Origin: Acidobacteriota bacterium
GTDB lineage: Bacteria; Acidobacteriota; Thermoanaerobaculia; Multivoradales; UBA5704
Assembly (NCBI GenBank): GCA_040005235.1
Contig: JBDTZG010000015.1
Coordinates: forward strand, 39,821-103,820
DNA length: 64,000 bases
Direction of reading: 5' to 3'
The position numbers were made by a program, and so were the translations under genes. This document shows, piece after piece, positions 44,509 to 55,202 of this stretch. Below the pieces are notes generated by a model. That model searched no databases. It was given only the letters and a program-made list of their open reading frames with translations, and was not told the DNA's origin. Position 1 is the first letter of the stretch, and every line of letters starts with the position of its first letter.

Positions 44509-46461
44509 ATGCCCACGGCCCCCTTAACCCCGACCGAGACCGCCAGCTTCGAGGTCCTCCGCCTCGGCGATCGTTCGTTCATTCAGCTCGAAGCGCCGAG
44601 CTTTGCGGCTCTTTCCCTCGACGAAAAGCTCGTCGCTTGGCACCTGGTGCGGGCCGCGGTCCAGCTCGATCCGATCTACTACGACCAGATGGCGAACTAT
44701 GGACTCTCCGCCAAGCGGTTGCTCGCCGCCCTGGTAGAGGTGCCGGAGCGGCTGCCGCAAGCGTTCAAGCGGCCAATTCTGGATTACGCCAAGCTGTACT
44801 TCGCCAATGGCGGCAATCGGAACGACTCGACGGGGCGGAAGTTTTTGCCCGACCTCACCGCCGCCGATCTCGCCTACGCGGCGAACCACGCGCGGGCGAT
44901 GGGGGCTGCTCTCGGGACCGGCGCGGAGCTGGATGCCCGTCTCGCCGAGCTGGAGGCGCCTCTATTCGATCCCGCCTTCGCCGCGATGCTGACCGAGAAG
45001 AACCCGCCCGAAGGGCTGGATCGGCTGGAAGCCTCTGCCACCAATCTCTACTCCGGCGTGCGGCTCGCAGACCTCGAAGGCTTTTCCGAACGCTATCCGC
45101 TCAACTCCCGGCTGGTGAAGCGCGACGGCCGTTTGATTGAAGAGGTCTATCGCGCCGGGACAGCCGACGGCCGCATCCCTCCCGGGCTCTATTCCGAGGA
45201 GCTGGCCGCCGCGAACCGCGAGCTGCGCGCCGCGGCGGAGCAGGCTCCCACGGCGCAGGCCGCCGCCCTTCGCGCTCTCGCCCATTTCTTCGAGACCGGG
45301 GCTCCGGAGGACTGGCTGGCGTACAACACGCTTTGGTTGGAAAGCGACGGCGAGGTCGATTTCGCCGCCGGCTTCATCGAGGTCTACCGCGACGCGCGGG
45401 GCGCCAAGGGATCTGCGCAGATGGTGGTCACCGTGCGCGACCGGCATCTCGATCCGTTGATGCGGGGGATTGCCGAAAACGCGCTCTATTTCGAGCGGCG
45501 GATGCCGTGGGACGACCGGTGGAAGAAGCTGGAAGTCATCGCGCCCATCGGCAAAGCTTCCGAGACGATCGTCGCGACCGGTGACTTTCATGCCTCGGCG
45601 ATCGGCGTCAACTTGCCGAACGAAGAGGAGCTGCGGGCGACTCGCGGCTCGAAGAGTATGTTGTTTTCCTCGTCGATGGCGGCGATCGGCAGCGTTCGAG
45701 GCAGCGCGGTGGCCGAAGAATTTTCGCCCGACCCGGAGCACGTGGAATCGTTCGCCCGCTGGGGAAAGATCGCCCACGAGCTGCACGTGGCGCTGCACGA
45801 GATCCTTGGCCACGGCTCCGGAAGGTGCGAGGTCGAGGTCGATCCGAGCGTCCACCTGGCTGAGGTCTATTCGACCCTCGAAGAGACGCGCGCCGACCTG
45901 GTCGCCTACTGGCACTGCTTCGATCCGAAGCTCGCCGAGCTGGGCGTGGACGATGTCGAGGAAGTCGGACGCGAGGCGTATCGCCAGCTCGCTCGGTTGG
46001 GCTTGAGCACGCTCAACCGCTACCCGGAAGGGGACACGATCGAAGAGGACCACGACCGCAATCGCCAGTTGATCGTGACCTATCTGATCGAGCAGGGCGC
46101 GTTCGTCCGGTTCGAAAAAAACGGCCGCTGGTATATCGACATCCGGGATTTCAGTGCCGCCCGCACCGCGGTCGGCCGGTTGCTTTCGGAAGTCATGCGG
46201 ATCAAGGCGACCGGCGACGTCGAAGCCGGCCGCCGGCTGGTGGAACGTTACGCGATCCGCTTCGACCCGGCGGTACGGGACGACGTGATCGCCCGCTATC
46301 GCCGGCTGGAGATCCCGACCTATTTTTCCGGCGTCTACGCCGAGCTCACGCCGGTTCGGAACTCCTCGGGCGAGATCGTGGACATCGAAATCGGCTACCC
46401 GCGCGATCCGCTGGCTCAACAGCTCGGGTTTGCGCGGGAGAACGGGACGTTGGGGTTTTAG
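44509..46461 (+). CDS. Dipeptidyl-peptidase III (M49)
   Basis: GFIEVYRD, IGVNLPN, HEILGHGSG, LEETRADL. Confidence 0.9.
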   Translation: MPTAPLTPTETASFEVLRLGDRSFIQLEAPSFAALSLDEKLVAWHLVRAAVQLDPIYYDQMANYGLSAKRLLAALVEVPERLPQAFKRPILDYAKLYFANGGNRNDSTGRKFLPDLTAADLAYAANHARAMGAALGTGAELDARLAELEAPLFDPAFAAMLTEKNPPEGLDRLEASATNLYSGVRLADLEGFSERYPLNSRLVKRDGRLIEEVYRAGTADGRIPPGLYSEELAAANRELRAAAEQAPTAQAAALRALAHFFETGAPEDWLAYNTLWLESDGEVDFAAGFIEVYRDARGAKGSAQMVVTVRDRHLDPLMRGIAENALYFERRMPWDDRWKKLEVIAPIGKASETIVATGDFHASAIGVNLPNEEELRATRGSKSMLFSSSMAAIGSVRGSAVAEEFSPDPEHVESFARWGKIAHELHVALHEILGHGSGRCEVEVDPSVHLAEVYSTLEETRADLVAYWHCFDPKLAELGVDDVEEVGREAYRQLARLGLSTLNRYPEGDTIEEDHDRNRQLIVTYLIEQGAFVRFEKNGRWYIDIRDFSAARTAVGRLLSEVMRIKATGDVEAGRRLVERYAIRFDPAVRDDVIARYRRLEIPTYFSGVYAELTPVRNSSGEIVDIEIGYPRDPLAQQLGFARENGTLGF

Positions 46462-46559
46462 CTGCTTGCGAACACGCTACTCGCCGCGGGCGCTTCAGGT
46501 TCCCGTCGTCTTGACTTGGACATCACATTTGAGAAGATTGCCCCCAAAGGAGGAATCCG

Positions 46560-46715
46560 ATGACGTCGAACCCTGCAGGAGCCAGACGCCACCTCTCTCT
46601 CGTCCCGTTGCTTGATCGGAAACTTCCTGCGGATAGGTTCCGTGACTTCCGTGAGCCGTGCGAAAAAGAGGGCTATGTGCTGGAGCTTCCGAAGCGCTCC
46701 GACCGTCCTTCTTGA
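46560..46715 (+). CDS. Putative 51-aa small protein, absent from the ORF track
   Basis: Strong RBS AAGGAGG upstream of ATG 46560; MTSNPAGARRHLSLVPLLDRKLPADRFRDFREPCEKEGYVLELPKRSDRPS. Confidence 0.4.
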   Translation: MTSNPAGARRHLSLVPLLDRKLPADRFRDFREPCEKEGYVLELPKRSDRPS

Positions 46716-46792
46716 TGAGAGGGTAACGGCCAATTCCGCCGCAAACTGAAGTTTGCACCGCTCAACTGAGATTTCGGTAAGATCTCCTTCGC

Positions 46793-47629
46793 TTGAGATC
46801 TTCGAATCCTCCTTCCGACCCGGAGCAGATCCTCGCCGAGATCACGCGCGATCCGGCGCAGGTGCTCACCCGGTTTCTGCCGGAGATCGCGCGCATCGCT
46901 GCTGCGATCGGCCGGCGGCAGGGGTTTCCGCCTCAGGAGGCGGAGGATCTCAACGCCGAGGTTCGGCTGAGACTGCTCGAAAACGACTGCGCGAGGCTGC
47001 GCGGCTACGCCGGACGGTCGAGCTTCGAAACGTACCTGTTGGTCTGCATTCAGCGCGTGGCGCACGATCTACGGGACAAAAAGCTGGGCAGCTGGGAGCC
47101 CTCGGCCGAGGCGCGGCGGATCGGCCCACACGCCGTCCGGCTCGAAACGCTGTGGGTCCGCGATGGCCTGAAGCTCGACGATTGCGAGCGGATGCTCTTT
47201 CCCGCCCTGTCGCGCGCGGAGATCGAGGGAATCGCCCTCCGCCTTCCCGTCCGAGCGCGCCGACGGCAGGAAGGGGATGACGGACTGGATCGTCGCCCGG
47301 CGCCCATCCCGGCCCCGGACGAGTGGCTGGAAGAGCAGGAAGGCCTCGCAACCCGGCGGGAGGTTCTGGCCGCTCTCCGCGAGGTGCGGGCCGAGCTTTC
47401 GGCGGAAGACCGGCTGCTGGTCAGCCTGCGCATCGACAGCGGCCTCAAAGTCTCCGAGATCGCCCGGCAATGCTCGAAGAGCCTGGGGGTTGATCAGAAG
47501 GCACTCTATCTTCGCTTCGATAAGATTTTCGCGACCCTGAAGCGGGGCCTTCTCGAACGTGGCATCCGCCCCGAAGACGCCCTCATCGCCTTGCGGCTGG
47601 GCGGTCGGGACGAGGAGGAACTGTCGTGA
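46793..47629 (+). CDS. ECF-type sigma-70 factor
   Basis: EAEDL..EVRLRL, RSSFETYL region 2; LSAEDRLLV..GLKVSEIAR region 4. Confidence 0.8.
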   Translation: MRSSNPPSDPEQILAEITRDPAQVLTRFLPEIARIAAAIGRRQGFPPQEAEDLNAEVRLRLLENDCARLRGYAGRSSFETYLLVCIQRVAHDLRDKKLGSWEPSAEARRIGPHAVRLETLWVRDGLKLDDCERMLFPALSRAEIEGIALRLPVRARRRQEGDDGLDRRPAPIPAPDEWLEEQEGLATRREVLAALREVRAELSAEDRLLVSLRIDSGLKVSEIARQCSKSLGVDQKALYLRFDKIFATLKRGLLERGIRPEDALIALRLGGRDEEELS

Positions 47630-47747
47630 ATTGTCACAAATTTTCCCGACAGAAAGGGAACTTCCCCGATTACGTCCGTCCAATTCCAGCGAGCCCGATG
47701 CACTCCAAGATGCAGGAGCCACTCGTTCGCCCTCGGGGGATCCATCG

Positions 47748-48752
47748 TTGAACAGCCTTCCGCCCTTCGCCGCCAACACCAATGAGAGCGACCATCCGGC
47801 GCTCGAATCGATCGCCGCTTACCTCGACGGCCGCCTGCCCGAGGCCGAACGCTCGACTCTCACCGCCCACCTCGACTCTTGCGCCGCCTGCTACGAGATC
47901 TACACCGAGTCCCTGCGTTTCCAGAAAGAAGAGACGGAAGAAGCCCGCCGCGCTGCCCTGCCGTTCAAGAGCCGGAAATCGAGTGGGGTGTCCGCTCCGT
48001 TGTTCCGCTCGTTCGCCCTTCCATTGGCGGCCTTGCTCTTGGTAGGAATTGGCGCCGCGACCTGGTACCAGCTCCATCGGCCATTCGAACCGAGGAGTAT
48101 CGACAGCTTTACGGCATCGCTTGAAAATCCAGGTCGGCTCACGAAGGAACTGGATCCGTTCGACCGCCCGCGCGGCGGCGGCGAGGAACCCACCGGCAAT
48201 CCTCCGATCGTTGCATTCCACTCCGGTGCGACCCTCGTCGACCTCCGAGTCGCGATAGCTGCCAGCGACGCGGAGAAAATCAGCGACCTCGCTGGCAACC
48301 TCCGCGTGCTCTTCCACTACATCGACTTTACGTCGGACGAGGATAAGAGCGCGTTTGAAACGGCCGTAGAGCATCTCGAAACCAATAAGACGCCCCCTGG
48401 GGATTCCAAACCACTACTTGCTGATTTCGGTCCTATTGAAACGATTCTACGAAGGAACAATTCCGAGGAGATAGAGCCCCATTTTCAGCTGGGAGCGTGG
48501 GCTGAAGCCGGCCGCCTCGCGGCCTACGGCGGGCAAGCTGGATTCTTCGCCGACTCGGACAATCGCCAGTCTCTCGGTTGGTTCCGCCGTAACCTTCCGC
48601 AGCCGGAGCAACCGATGGTGAAAGAGGCGCTCGGAAAGATCGACGACGCCTGGCCGGATGGAGCGCTTGGCCAAGCCAAGCAGAAGACCCTGTTCGCCGG
48701 CTTCAAAGAGGTGATCGATTCCTACGACGTTCCGATAGCCACCGGCGACTGA
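47748..48752 (+). CDS. zf-HC2 anti-sigma factor with TM
   Basis: IAAYLDGRL..ER..L.AHLDSCAAC; TM LPLAALLLVGIGA; start uncertain. Confidence 0.78.
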   Translation: MNSLPPFAANTNESDHPALESIAAYLDGRLPEAERSTLTAHLDSCAACYEIYTESLRFQKEETEEARRAALPFKSRKSSGVSAPLFRSFALPLAALLLVGIGAATWYQLHRPFEPRSIDSFTASLENPGRLTKELDPFDRPRGGGEEPTGNPPIVAFHSGATLVDLRVAIAASDAEKISDLAGNLRVLFHYIDFTSDEDKSAFETAVEHLETNKTPPGDSKPLLADFGPIETILRRNNSEEIEPHFQLGAWAEAGRLAAYGGQAGFFADSDNRQSLGWFRRNLPQPEQPMVKEALGKIDDAWPDGALGQAKQKTLFAGFKEVIDSYDVPIATGD

Positions 48753-50131
48753 CCTGTCGCGTTACCGACCCGCGCGGCCAGATCTTCCAAGCCGCGCACC
48801 ACTTCACCTCGGCGCGCGCGCAGCTCCCGCTTCAAGTCGCGCCGGGTTCGTAGCACGAGAAACGCCCGCGCTTCGCGCAGGAAGCGGGAGCCCCCTTCGA
48901 GAAAGCGCAGTGCGCTCCAGCCGGCAATCGGCGCCGCGACCCCTACCGCGAGGGCTGCCACTGCACCCCAGCGCCACCCCGCGAACGCCACTTCGAGCCC
49001 CCAGCAGAGGGGATAGAGGACGACCGAGCCGAGCAGCTTATAGGTCGCCTCCTGATCCTCAGCTTTCCGGCCCTCCCGATGGGCGATCCAGCCGACTACC
49101 TGATAGGGCACGACGTTCAGCAGGATGCCGACCACGGCAAGCGGCAGGTGGACCAGAAGCCGCCCGATCGACCCCAAGACGAAGCGGACCGCGGGCGACG
49201 CCGGATAGTCGGTTGCCACCTGCGCATCCGATAGGCGGCAAACGGAAAGCAGCCGGTCGTAGCGCCGCACCGTTTCGGCCACCGCGGCGACCCGGTCGGG
49301 CTCGCGTGCCGACAGCTCGCGATATCCCGCGGCAAAGGCCCTGCGAAGTGGAACCTCCTCGTCGAGCGGCCGCCCTCGCGGCGCATCCGATGCCGAAGGA
49401 CGAGCCCAAACCTCGGCGGCGCGAGCGATCAGACGGGCCTCCTCCCAAGAAGGCAGACTGAGCGTCACCGAGCGGAGGGCCTCGTCGATCCGTTCGGTCA
49501 AGGCGTAGACCGCGTCACGATTTTCGCCGCCGGCTGCGAGGTACGCAGCGACCTCTTCGGCGGGATCGACGGGCTCCCCTACCATCACGAAGGCGCGCGA
49601 GCGGAACTTGTGCTTGCGGTCGAAATGGAGTCCGACCGGCACGATCCGCACGCCCAGACCCGGCGTCTGCCGCTCGGCTTCGAGCAGAATCCGCGCAGCC
49701 CCCGTCTTGAGCGGCTGCAAGTCCGGCTCGTTGTGACTCTTTCCTTCGGGAAAGAGCGCGAGCGCACCGCTTTCGGCGAGCAGGTCGTAGGCTTTCGCGA
49801 ACGCCTCGTCGTTGGCGCTCCGCCGGCTCGCCGGGTCGGCCTGGCCGCCCTCCACGTCCTGCTGCCGCACCACGGGAATTACTCCCGCTAGGGAGAGGAA
49901 CGGCCGCAGCAGCGGGATCTTCCAAAGCGTGTTCTTGCCCAGGAAGCGCGGATAGACCGGCAGAGGCCCCAGGATCAGCGCCGGATCAATCAGACCGTTG
50001 ACGTGATTCGCAACCAGCAGAAGCGGCCGATCGCGCGGAATCTTCTCCGCTCCGGCCACGTCGACGCTGCGAAAAAAGACCCCGAGCAACCGCCGCGAGA
50101 ACGCGGCGACCCGGTCAGGCCTGGGCTGCAT
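48722..50131 (-). CDS. Glycerol-3-phosphate/lysophospholipid acyltransferase with C-terminal TMs
   Basis: ANHVNGLID, LFPEGKSH, LKTGAARI; start at 50131 or 50152. Confidence 0.85.
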   Translation of the reverse strand: MQPRPDRVAAFSRRLLGVFFRSVDVAGAEKIPRDRPLLLVANHVNGLIDPALILGPLPVYPRFLGKNTLWKIPLLRPFLSLAGVIPVVRQQDVEGGQADPASRRSANDEAFAKAYDLLAESGALALFPEGKSHNEPDLQPLKTGAARILLEAERQTPGLGVRIVPVGLHFDRKHKFRSRAFVMVGEPVDPAEEVAAYLAAGGENRDAVYALTERIDEALRSVTLSLPSWEEARLIARAAEVWARPSASDAPRGRPLDEEVPLRRAFAAGYRELSAREPDRVAAVAETVRRYDRLLSVCRLSDAQVATDYPASPAVRFVLGSIGRLLVHLPLAVVGILLNVVPYQVVGWIAHREGRKAEDQEATYKLLGSVVLYPLCWGLEVAFAGWRWGAVAALAVGVAAPIAGWSALRFLEGGSRFLREARAFLVLRTRRDLKRELRARRGEVVRGLEDLAARVGNATGQSPVAIGTS

Positions 50132-51458
50132 GAGCGGTTTCTTTCTCCGCATGCCATGCGGCGACCGCGGCGCGGCCGCGCTTTTCGGAGATCAGCGGCA
50201 TGGCGAGCAGCCCGGCGAGGAAAAAGCCGCCGGTCGACAACATGGCGATCCGCTGAGAGTTTGTGGCTGTCGAGATAAGACCGAACACGAACGGCCCCAC
50301 CATGTACGCCGCTTTGCCAGAGAGCCCCCAGAAGCCGAAGAATTCGCCGCTCTTCTCGGCTGGGGAGAACAAACCGACTAACCCGCGCGACGCCGATTGC
50401 AGCGAACCGATTCCAATTCCCGAGAACATGCTGACGCCCCAGAACATCTGTTTGCCGGTCCACCGGCCGAAAAATAGACTTCCGCCGTCGCCGCAAAGAT
50501 AGACCCCGATACAAACCAGGACCCAAAGGACGAGGGTGATGCGGATCGTGTTGACCGCACCCAGACGATCCTGAATGAAGCCGAAGGTAAACGCTCCGCC
50601 CGCCGCCGAAAGCTGAAGCAGGATGAAGAGCACGATCAATTCTTTGGACGTGAAGCCAATGGTCCGTTCGGCGTAAATCCCCGCGAAAGCGAAGACTGAG
50701 GAGAGGCCGCAGGAGTAGACGAAAAACACAGTCAAGAAACGGCCCAGCTCGGAGAAGCGCCTGATCGAGTGCGCGGTCTGGCCAAGTCGGCCAAAGCCCG
50801 CGCGCACGTAGGTGCCGAGCGAGGCCGATCCGCGAGGCGCACGCTCTTTCAAGAAGACGAACGTCGGCACGGCGGCAACCAAGAAGAATGCGGCGGTGGC
50901 GACTCCCACCAGCCGAAGGTTCTCCAGGTTGGGCAGAACGAAATCGCCTTTGAGCAGCGGCCAGACGAGCACCAAGGAGCCGAGACCGCCGAAGTAGCCG
51001 AGACCCCAGCCGAGCCCGGAGATCTTGCCGATGTTGTCCGGACGCGAGATCTCGGGCAGGAACGCCGCGGTCAGATTCTCGCCAAACGAAAAGCCGACGA
51101 ACGAGAGAACGAAGAGGACCAAGCCGAGCACGGCATGACCGGGCGTCACGAACCAAAGCGATGCGGTGAACAGTACGCAGGTTGCATAGGTCACGAACAG
51201 GAAGGGCTTCTTCCGTCCGGAATCGTCGGCCACCGCGCCGATGATCGGCGATAGCAACAGGACGAACAGGTTGGCCAAAGCAATCGCGGTCCCCCAAAGT
51301 GCATCGCCTTTGCCCGCCGGAGCGATCAGCTTCGAAAAGATGACGCTATAGGCAACTGTGACGATGACCGTCGTGTAGCTCGAGTTGGCGAAATCGAACA
51401 TCGCCCAGCTGACGATCTCGCGCGGGCGGACCGCAGGAACCTCTCGGGGGGTTGGCAT
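50115..51458 (-). CDS. MFS transporter (UMF1/Atg22-like)
   Basis: WAMFDFANS, IGAVAD, SGLGWGLGY, EFFGFW; about 12 TMs. Confidence 0.9.
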   Translation of the reverse strand: MPTPREVPAVRPREIVSWAMFDFANSSYTTVIVTVAYSVIFSKLIAPAGKGDALWGTAIALANLFVLLLSPIIGAVADDSGRKKPFLFVTYATCVLFTASLWFVTPGHAVLGLVLFVLSFVGFSFGENLTAAFLPEISRPDNIGKISGLGWGLGYFGGLGSLVLVWPLLKGDFVLPNLENLRLVGVATAAFFLVAAVPTFVFLKERAPRGSASLGTYVRAGFGRLGQTAHSIRRFSELGRFLTVFFVYSCGLSSVFAFAGIYAERTIGFTSKELIVLFILLQLSAAGGAFTFGFIQDRLGAVNTIRITLVLWVLVCIGVYLCGDGGSLFFGRWTGKQMFWGVSMFSGIGIGSLQSASRGLVGLFSPAEKSGEFFGFWGLSGKAAYMVGPFVFGLISTATNSQRIAMLSTGGFFLAGLLAMPLISEKRGRAAVAAWHAEKETAHAAQA

Positions 51459-51507
51459 CGGCGGATACTATCCTCGGAGGCGGCGGCCTGCTCCGCTCCG
51501 CAATAGA

Positions 51508-53520
51508 TCAAGGCAGAGCTTCGAGCGCGGCCCGAACTTTGACCGGATCGGCCGCCACGTCGCCACCTTGCACCAGCCAGCGGCGCGCCGCGCTCTGGTC
51601 TTCCCGGGCAAGGGCGCTCTCGGCGAGCGCTAAGTAGCCCCTCGTGAACCGGGGATCGATCTCCAAGGCCCGCTGGAACGCGAATTCCGCTTCGCCTCGC
51701 CGATCGAGTTTTTCGAGCGCGATGCCGCGATAGAACCAGGCCGCGACTTGGTTTTCGCGCAGCGCGAGCGCGCGGTCGAGATCGGCGAGCGCCCGCTCCG
51801 AATCGCGATCGACCCGCAGGAGCCCCAGATTGAACCAGCTCTCCGGACGCGCGGGGATGCCGTTCTTCTCGCCGGCCGCAAGCACCGCACGGAGCGTTGC
51901 GATCGCCTCTTCATTCTTGCCCTGACCCGCGAGCGCGATGCCGAGCCATTCGAGCGCCAGTGGCCGGCCGGGCGCGCGACCGAGGACGCCGCGCAGCGTC
52001 TTTTCCGCCGCGGCGAACCGGCGGGCGCCGAGCTGGCCTTCGGCGAGATCGAGATAGGGCTCGATCTCGGCCGGCTTGCCCGTCGCGAGCAGCGCCTCCA
52101 ACCGGTCGAGAGCAGCGGTGCTGCGGACCGCGCGCACTGCCGTTGCCGCCCGATAGATCTCGGCGAGCGCCGCCGGCACCCGCTCCGGTTCGAGGAGCCG
52201 GAGACCGGTAATCACCGGATCGGTCTCTGCGCGAGGAGCGAGGAAGTCGACCCCCGCCTTTGGGATCTGGATCTTGTGATCGGTCATCACCGAGTGGACC
52301 ACGTCGCTCGGGCGACGCTGCGGCATGTGGCAGGTCACGCAGTCTTGAGGATCGGCCGGCGAGCCCGCCTTGATCCCGCACGCTTCCCGTGTGTGCCCTT
52401 CGTGGCAGCCGAGGCATACCGACGCATAGTGCGCGGCCCTCTCCGCGGCCGGGATCTTCTTGTGCGGATCGTGGCAGGAAAGGCACGAGAGGTCGGCGCT
52501 CTTCAAATAGCAGCGGCTTTGTCGCAGCCTGTACGCCTGGTGGTTGATCTCGAAACGCTCACCAGGGGCCACGCCTTCTTCTTCGACCTCGACCGCCGCC
52601 TGATACTCCGCGAGATCCTGGCCGGGGCGGAACGACCAATCCCCCACCCCGTAGCGGCGCAGCCCTAGGAGAGCGACCGAGGGCTGTAGGTGACATTCGA
52701 AGCAGACGTCCTCCATCCGCGGTTTGGACAGCGCCGCCGGATCGACGATCGCGACGCGGATCGCCGCGTCGCTCTTCGGTGCCACCAACGCCCGCCGGAC
52801 GTGCTCCGCTCCGGGACCATGACAGCGCTGGCAGCCGATCCCCTCCGGCAGCTTCTCCGGGTACGTCTGGGGTGCGTCGTGAAGATCGCTCCCTTGAGGC
52901 GCGTCCGGATAGGCGTTGTGGCAGAACATGCACTCGCGGCGAACGCGGCGCAGCACCCCTTCGTGGTCGGGCCGATCGAAACCGGGGGCCATCCCCCATT
53001 TGCCCTCTTGCGAGTACCAGGCGATCGGCAGCTGGTACAGCTCGCCCCCCTCGGTTCGATAGAGGTAGGTGCGCGCGTGGTTGCCCGAGCCGAGAATCCA
53101 ATTGACCTCGTGCTCCCAGACATTGATCGGCCGGCCCGCCGCGTCCCGCTGCTCCCGGCGAAAATACAGCCGATCCCCGCGCCAGGTCATCTCAAAATCT
53201 TGTTTCGACGCCGCGTGGGAGAAGGTGCTCCCGGCAAATTTCTCGATCTTCGACGCGGAGCTCGGCCGCGCGAACGAGCGGGCCATGCCGACCTGCTGGT
53301 AAGCCGTCCAGATCTCGCGGTGGCAGTCGGCGCAGACGCGATCCTCGACATAGCCGGGGGCCGCACCCGTCGTCACCGCAATCCCCCGGGCGGCGAGCGG
53401 ATCGGGGCCCGGAGCCGACGCGCCGAGAGCCAGCAAGGCCAGGCCCAGACTCAGGAGTCGCGGGAAGGGAGGTTGCAATTTGCCGTCGGGCCGGAGCTCG
53501 TCGTTCATGGGCTTGAACAA
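51508..53520 (-). CDS. Exported multiheme cytochrome c with C-terminal TPR repeats
   Basis: Seven CxxCH motifs (CADCH, CMFCH, CQRCH, CFECH, CLSCH, CLGCH, CVTCH); TPRs. Confidence 0.85.
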   Translation of the reverse strand: MFKPMNDELRPDGKLQPPFPRLLSLGLALLALGASAPGPDPLAARGIAVTTGAAPGYVEDRVCADCHREIWTAYQQVGMARSFARPSSASKIEKFAGSTFSHAASKQDFEMTWRGDRLYFRREQRDAAGRPINVWEHEVNWILGSGNHARTYLYRTEGGELYQLPIAWYSQEGKWGMAPGFDRPDHEGVLRRVRRECMFCHNAYPDAPQGSDLHDAPQTYPEKLPEGIGCQRCHGPGAEHVRRALVAPKSDAAIRVAIVDPAALSKPRMEDVCFECHLQPSVALLGLRRYGVGDWSFRPGQDLAEYQAAVEVEEEGVAPGERFEINHQAYRLRQSRCYLKSADLSCLSCHDPHKKIPAAERAAHYASVCLGCHEGHTREACGIKAGSPADPQDCVTCHMPQRRPSDVVHSVMTDHKIQIPKAGVDFLAPRAETDPVITGLRLLEPERVPAALAEIYRAATAVRAVRSTAALDRLEALLATGKPAEIEPYLDLAEGQLGARRFAAAEKTLRGVLGRAPGRPLALEWLGIALAGQGKNEEAIATLRAVLAAGEKNGIPARPESWFNLGLLRVDRDSERALADLDRALALRENQVAAWFYRGIALEKLDRRGEAEFAFQRALEIDPRFTRGYLALAESALAREDQSAARRWLVQGGDVAADPVKVRAALEALP

Positions 53521-53600
53521 GGGGTTGGCCTATCGTATCGCCGTTGACGACGACAGCCTTCGCCCCCTACGCTCTCGCCCAAACGCGGGGAGAGCATCGA

Positions 53601-54176
53601 ATGGGCAAGGGCCGTCTGGAAGCGTTCAGCGATGGCGTGATCGCCATCATCATCACGATCATGGTTTTGGAGCTGAAAGTGCCGCATGGCACGGATTGGG
53701 CGGCGCTCGCGGCGCTCTCCCCGGTCTTCCTGAGCTACGTGCTGAGCTTCGTCTACGTCGGCATTTATTGGAACAACCATCACCATCTGTTCCAGGCGGT
53801 CCACAAAGTCAACGGCCGGATCCTATGGTCTAACCTGCACCTCTTGTTCTGGTTATCGCTTACGCCGTTCGTCACCGGCTGGATGGGCGAGAACCATTTC
53901 GCGCCCTTGCCGGTCGCCCTCTACGGCCTCAACCTGTTCATGGCCGCGATCAGCTACTCGATCCTGGTGCGCGCCCTGCTCGCGCACCATGGTCCGGACT
54001 CGACCCTCGCCCGGGCGATCGGCAAAGACGTCAAAGGCTACCTTTCCTTGGCCCTTTACTTCGTCGCCATTCCGGTTTCGTTCGTGAAGCCGTGGATCGG
54101 CGTCTCGCTCTACGCCCTGGTCGCGATCATCTGGTTCATCCCCGATCGGCGGATCGAAAAGCAGATTGCCGACTAA
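53601..54176 (+). CDS. TMEM175-family potassium channel
   Basis: RLEAFSDGVIAIIITIMVLEL, YWNNHH. Confidence 0.92.
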   Translation: MGKGRLEAFSDGVIAIIITIMVLELKVPHGTDWAALAALSPVFLSYVLSFVYVGIYWNNHHHLFQAVHKVNGRILWSNLHLLFWLSLTPFVTGWMGENHFAPLPVALYGLNLFMAAISYSILVRALLAHHGPDSTLARAIGKDVKGYLSLALYFVAIPVSFVKPWIGVSLYALVAIIWFIPDRRIEKQIAD

Positions 54177-54215
54177 AGTTGCCTTTCCGCGGCACTCGCG
54201 GTAGAACGCTCGGCC

Positions 54216-55202
54216 ATGCCCTTTCCCGCGACCCGCCTCCGCCGCTTCCGCCGGACCCCGACCCTTCGCCGCCTGGTCCGGGAGACCCGGTTGTCGCCTG
54301 ATGACTTCGTCCTGCCGCTTTTCGTCTGCCCTGGCGAGGGCGTCCGCCACCCCGTGGGCTCGATGCCCGGGGTTTTTCGCGAATCCGTCGACGCCCTCGT
54401 CGAGACTTGCCGCGATGCTTGGGACGAGGGGATCCGGGCCGTCATTCTGTTCGGCATTCCGGAGGAGAAGGACCCGATCGGCAGCAGCTCTTGGAGCGAC
54501 GACGGCATCGTCCAGAGGGCGTTCCGGGCGCTGCGCGCGGCGCTGCCCGATCTGGTGTTGATCGCCGACGTCTGTTTCTGCGAATACACCGACCACGGCC
54601 ATTGCGGGGTGTTGGATGGCGACCAGGTGGCCAACGATGAGACGGTGGCGAATCTGGCGCTTCAAGCGGTTTCGCTCGCCAAGGCCGGTGCCGACGTGAT
54701 CGCCCCGTCCGACATGATGGACGGCCGGGTCGGCGCGATCCGCAAGGCGCTCGACGAGGCGGGGTTCGACGACGTTGCGATCCTCGCCTACGCGGTGAAA
54801 TTCGCGAGCGGCTTTTACGGTCCGTTCCGCGAAGCGGCCGGTTCCACCCCATCGTTCGGCGACCGGCGCGGCTACCAGATGAACCCGGCCAACGGGCGCG
54901 AAGCGATGCGCGAGGCGGAGCTCGATGTCGAAGAGGGAGCGGACGCGCTGATGGTAAAACCCGCGCTCCCCTACCTCGACATCCTCTCCGAGCTGCGGCG
55001 CCGCTTCGACCTGCCGCTCGCGGCGTACCACGTGAGCGGCGAGTACGCGATGATCAAGGCGGCCGCCGAAAAGGGTTGGATCGATGGCGACCGGGTGATG
55101 ATGGAGAGCCTGATCGCGATCAAGCGCGCCGGGGCCGATTTGATCCTCACCTATTGCGCTCGCGACGCGGCGCGGCTGCTGCGCCAGGGTTGGGTGGAGT
55201 GA
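54216..55202 (+). CDS. hemB: Porphobilinogen synthase
   Basis: [44 protein letters not shown]. Confidence 0.97.
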   Translation: MPFPATRLRRFRRTPTLRRLVRETRLSPDDFVLPLFVCPGEGVRHPVGSMPGVFRESVDALVETCRDAWDEGIRAVILFGIPEEKDPIGSSSWSDDGIVQRAFRALRAALPDLVLIADVCFCEYTDHGHCGVLDGDQVANDETVANLALQAVSLAKAGADVIAPSDMMDGRVGAIRKALDEAGFDDVAILAYAVKFASGFYGPFREAAGSTPSFGDRRGYQMNPANGREAMREAELDVEEGADALMVKPALPYLDILSELRRRFDLPLAAYHVSGEYAMIKAAAEKGWIDGDRVMMESLIAIKRAGADLILTYCARDAARLLRQGWVE

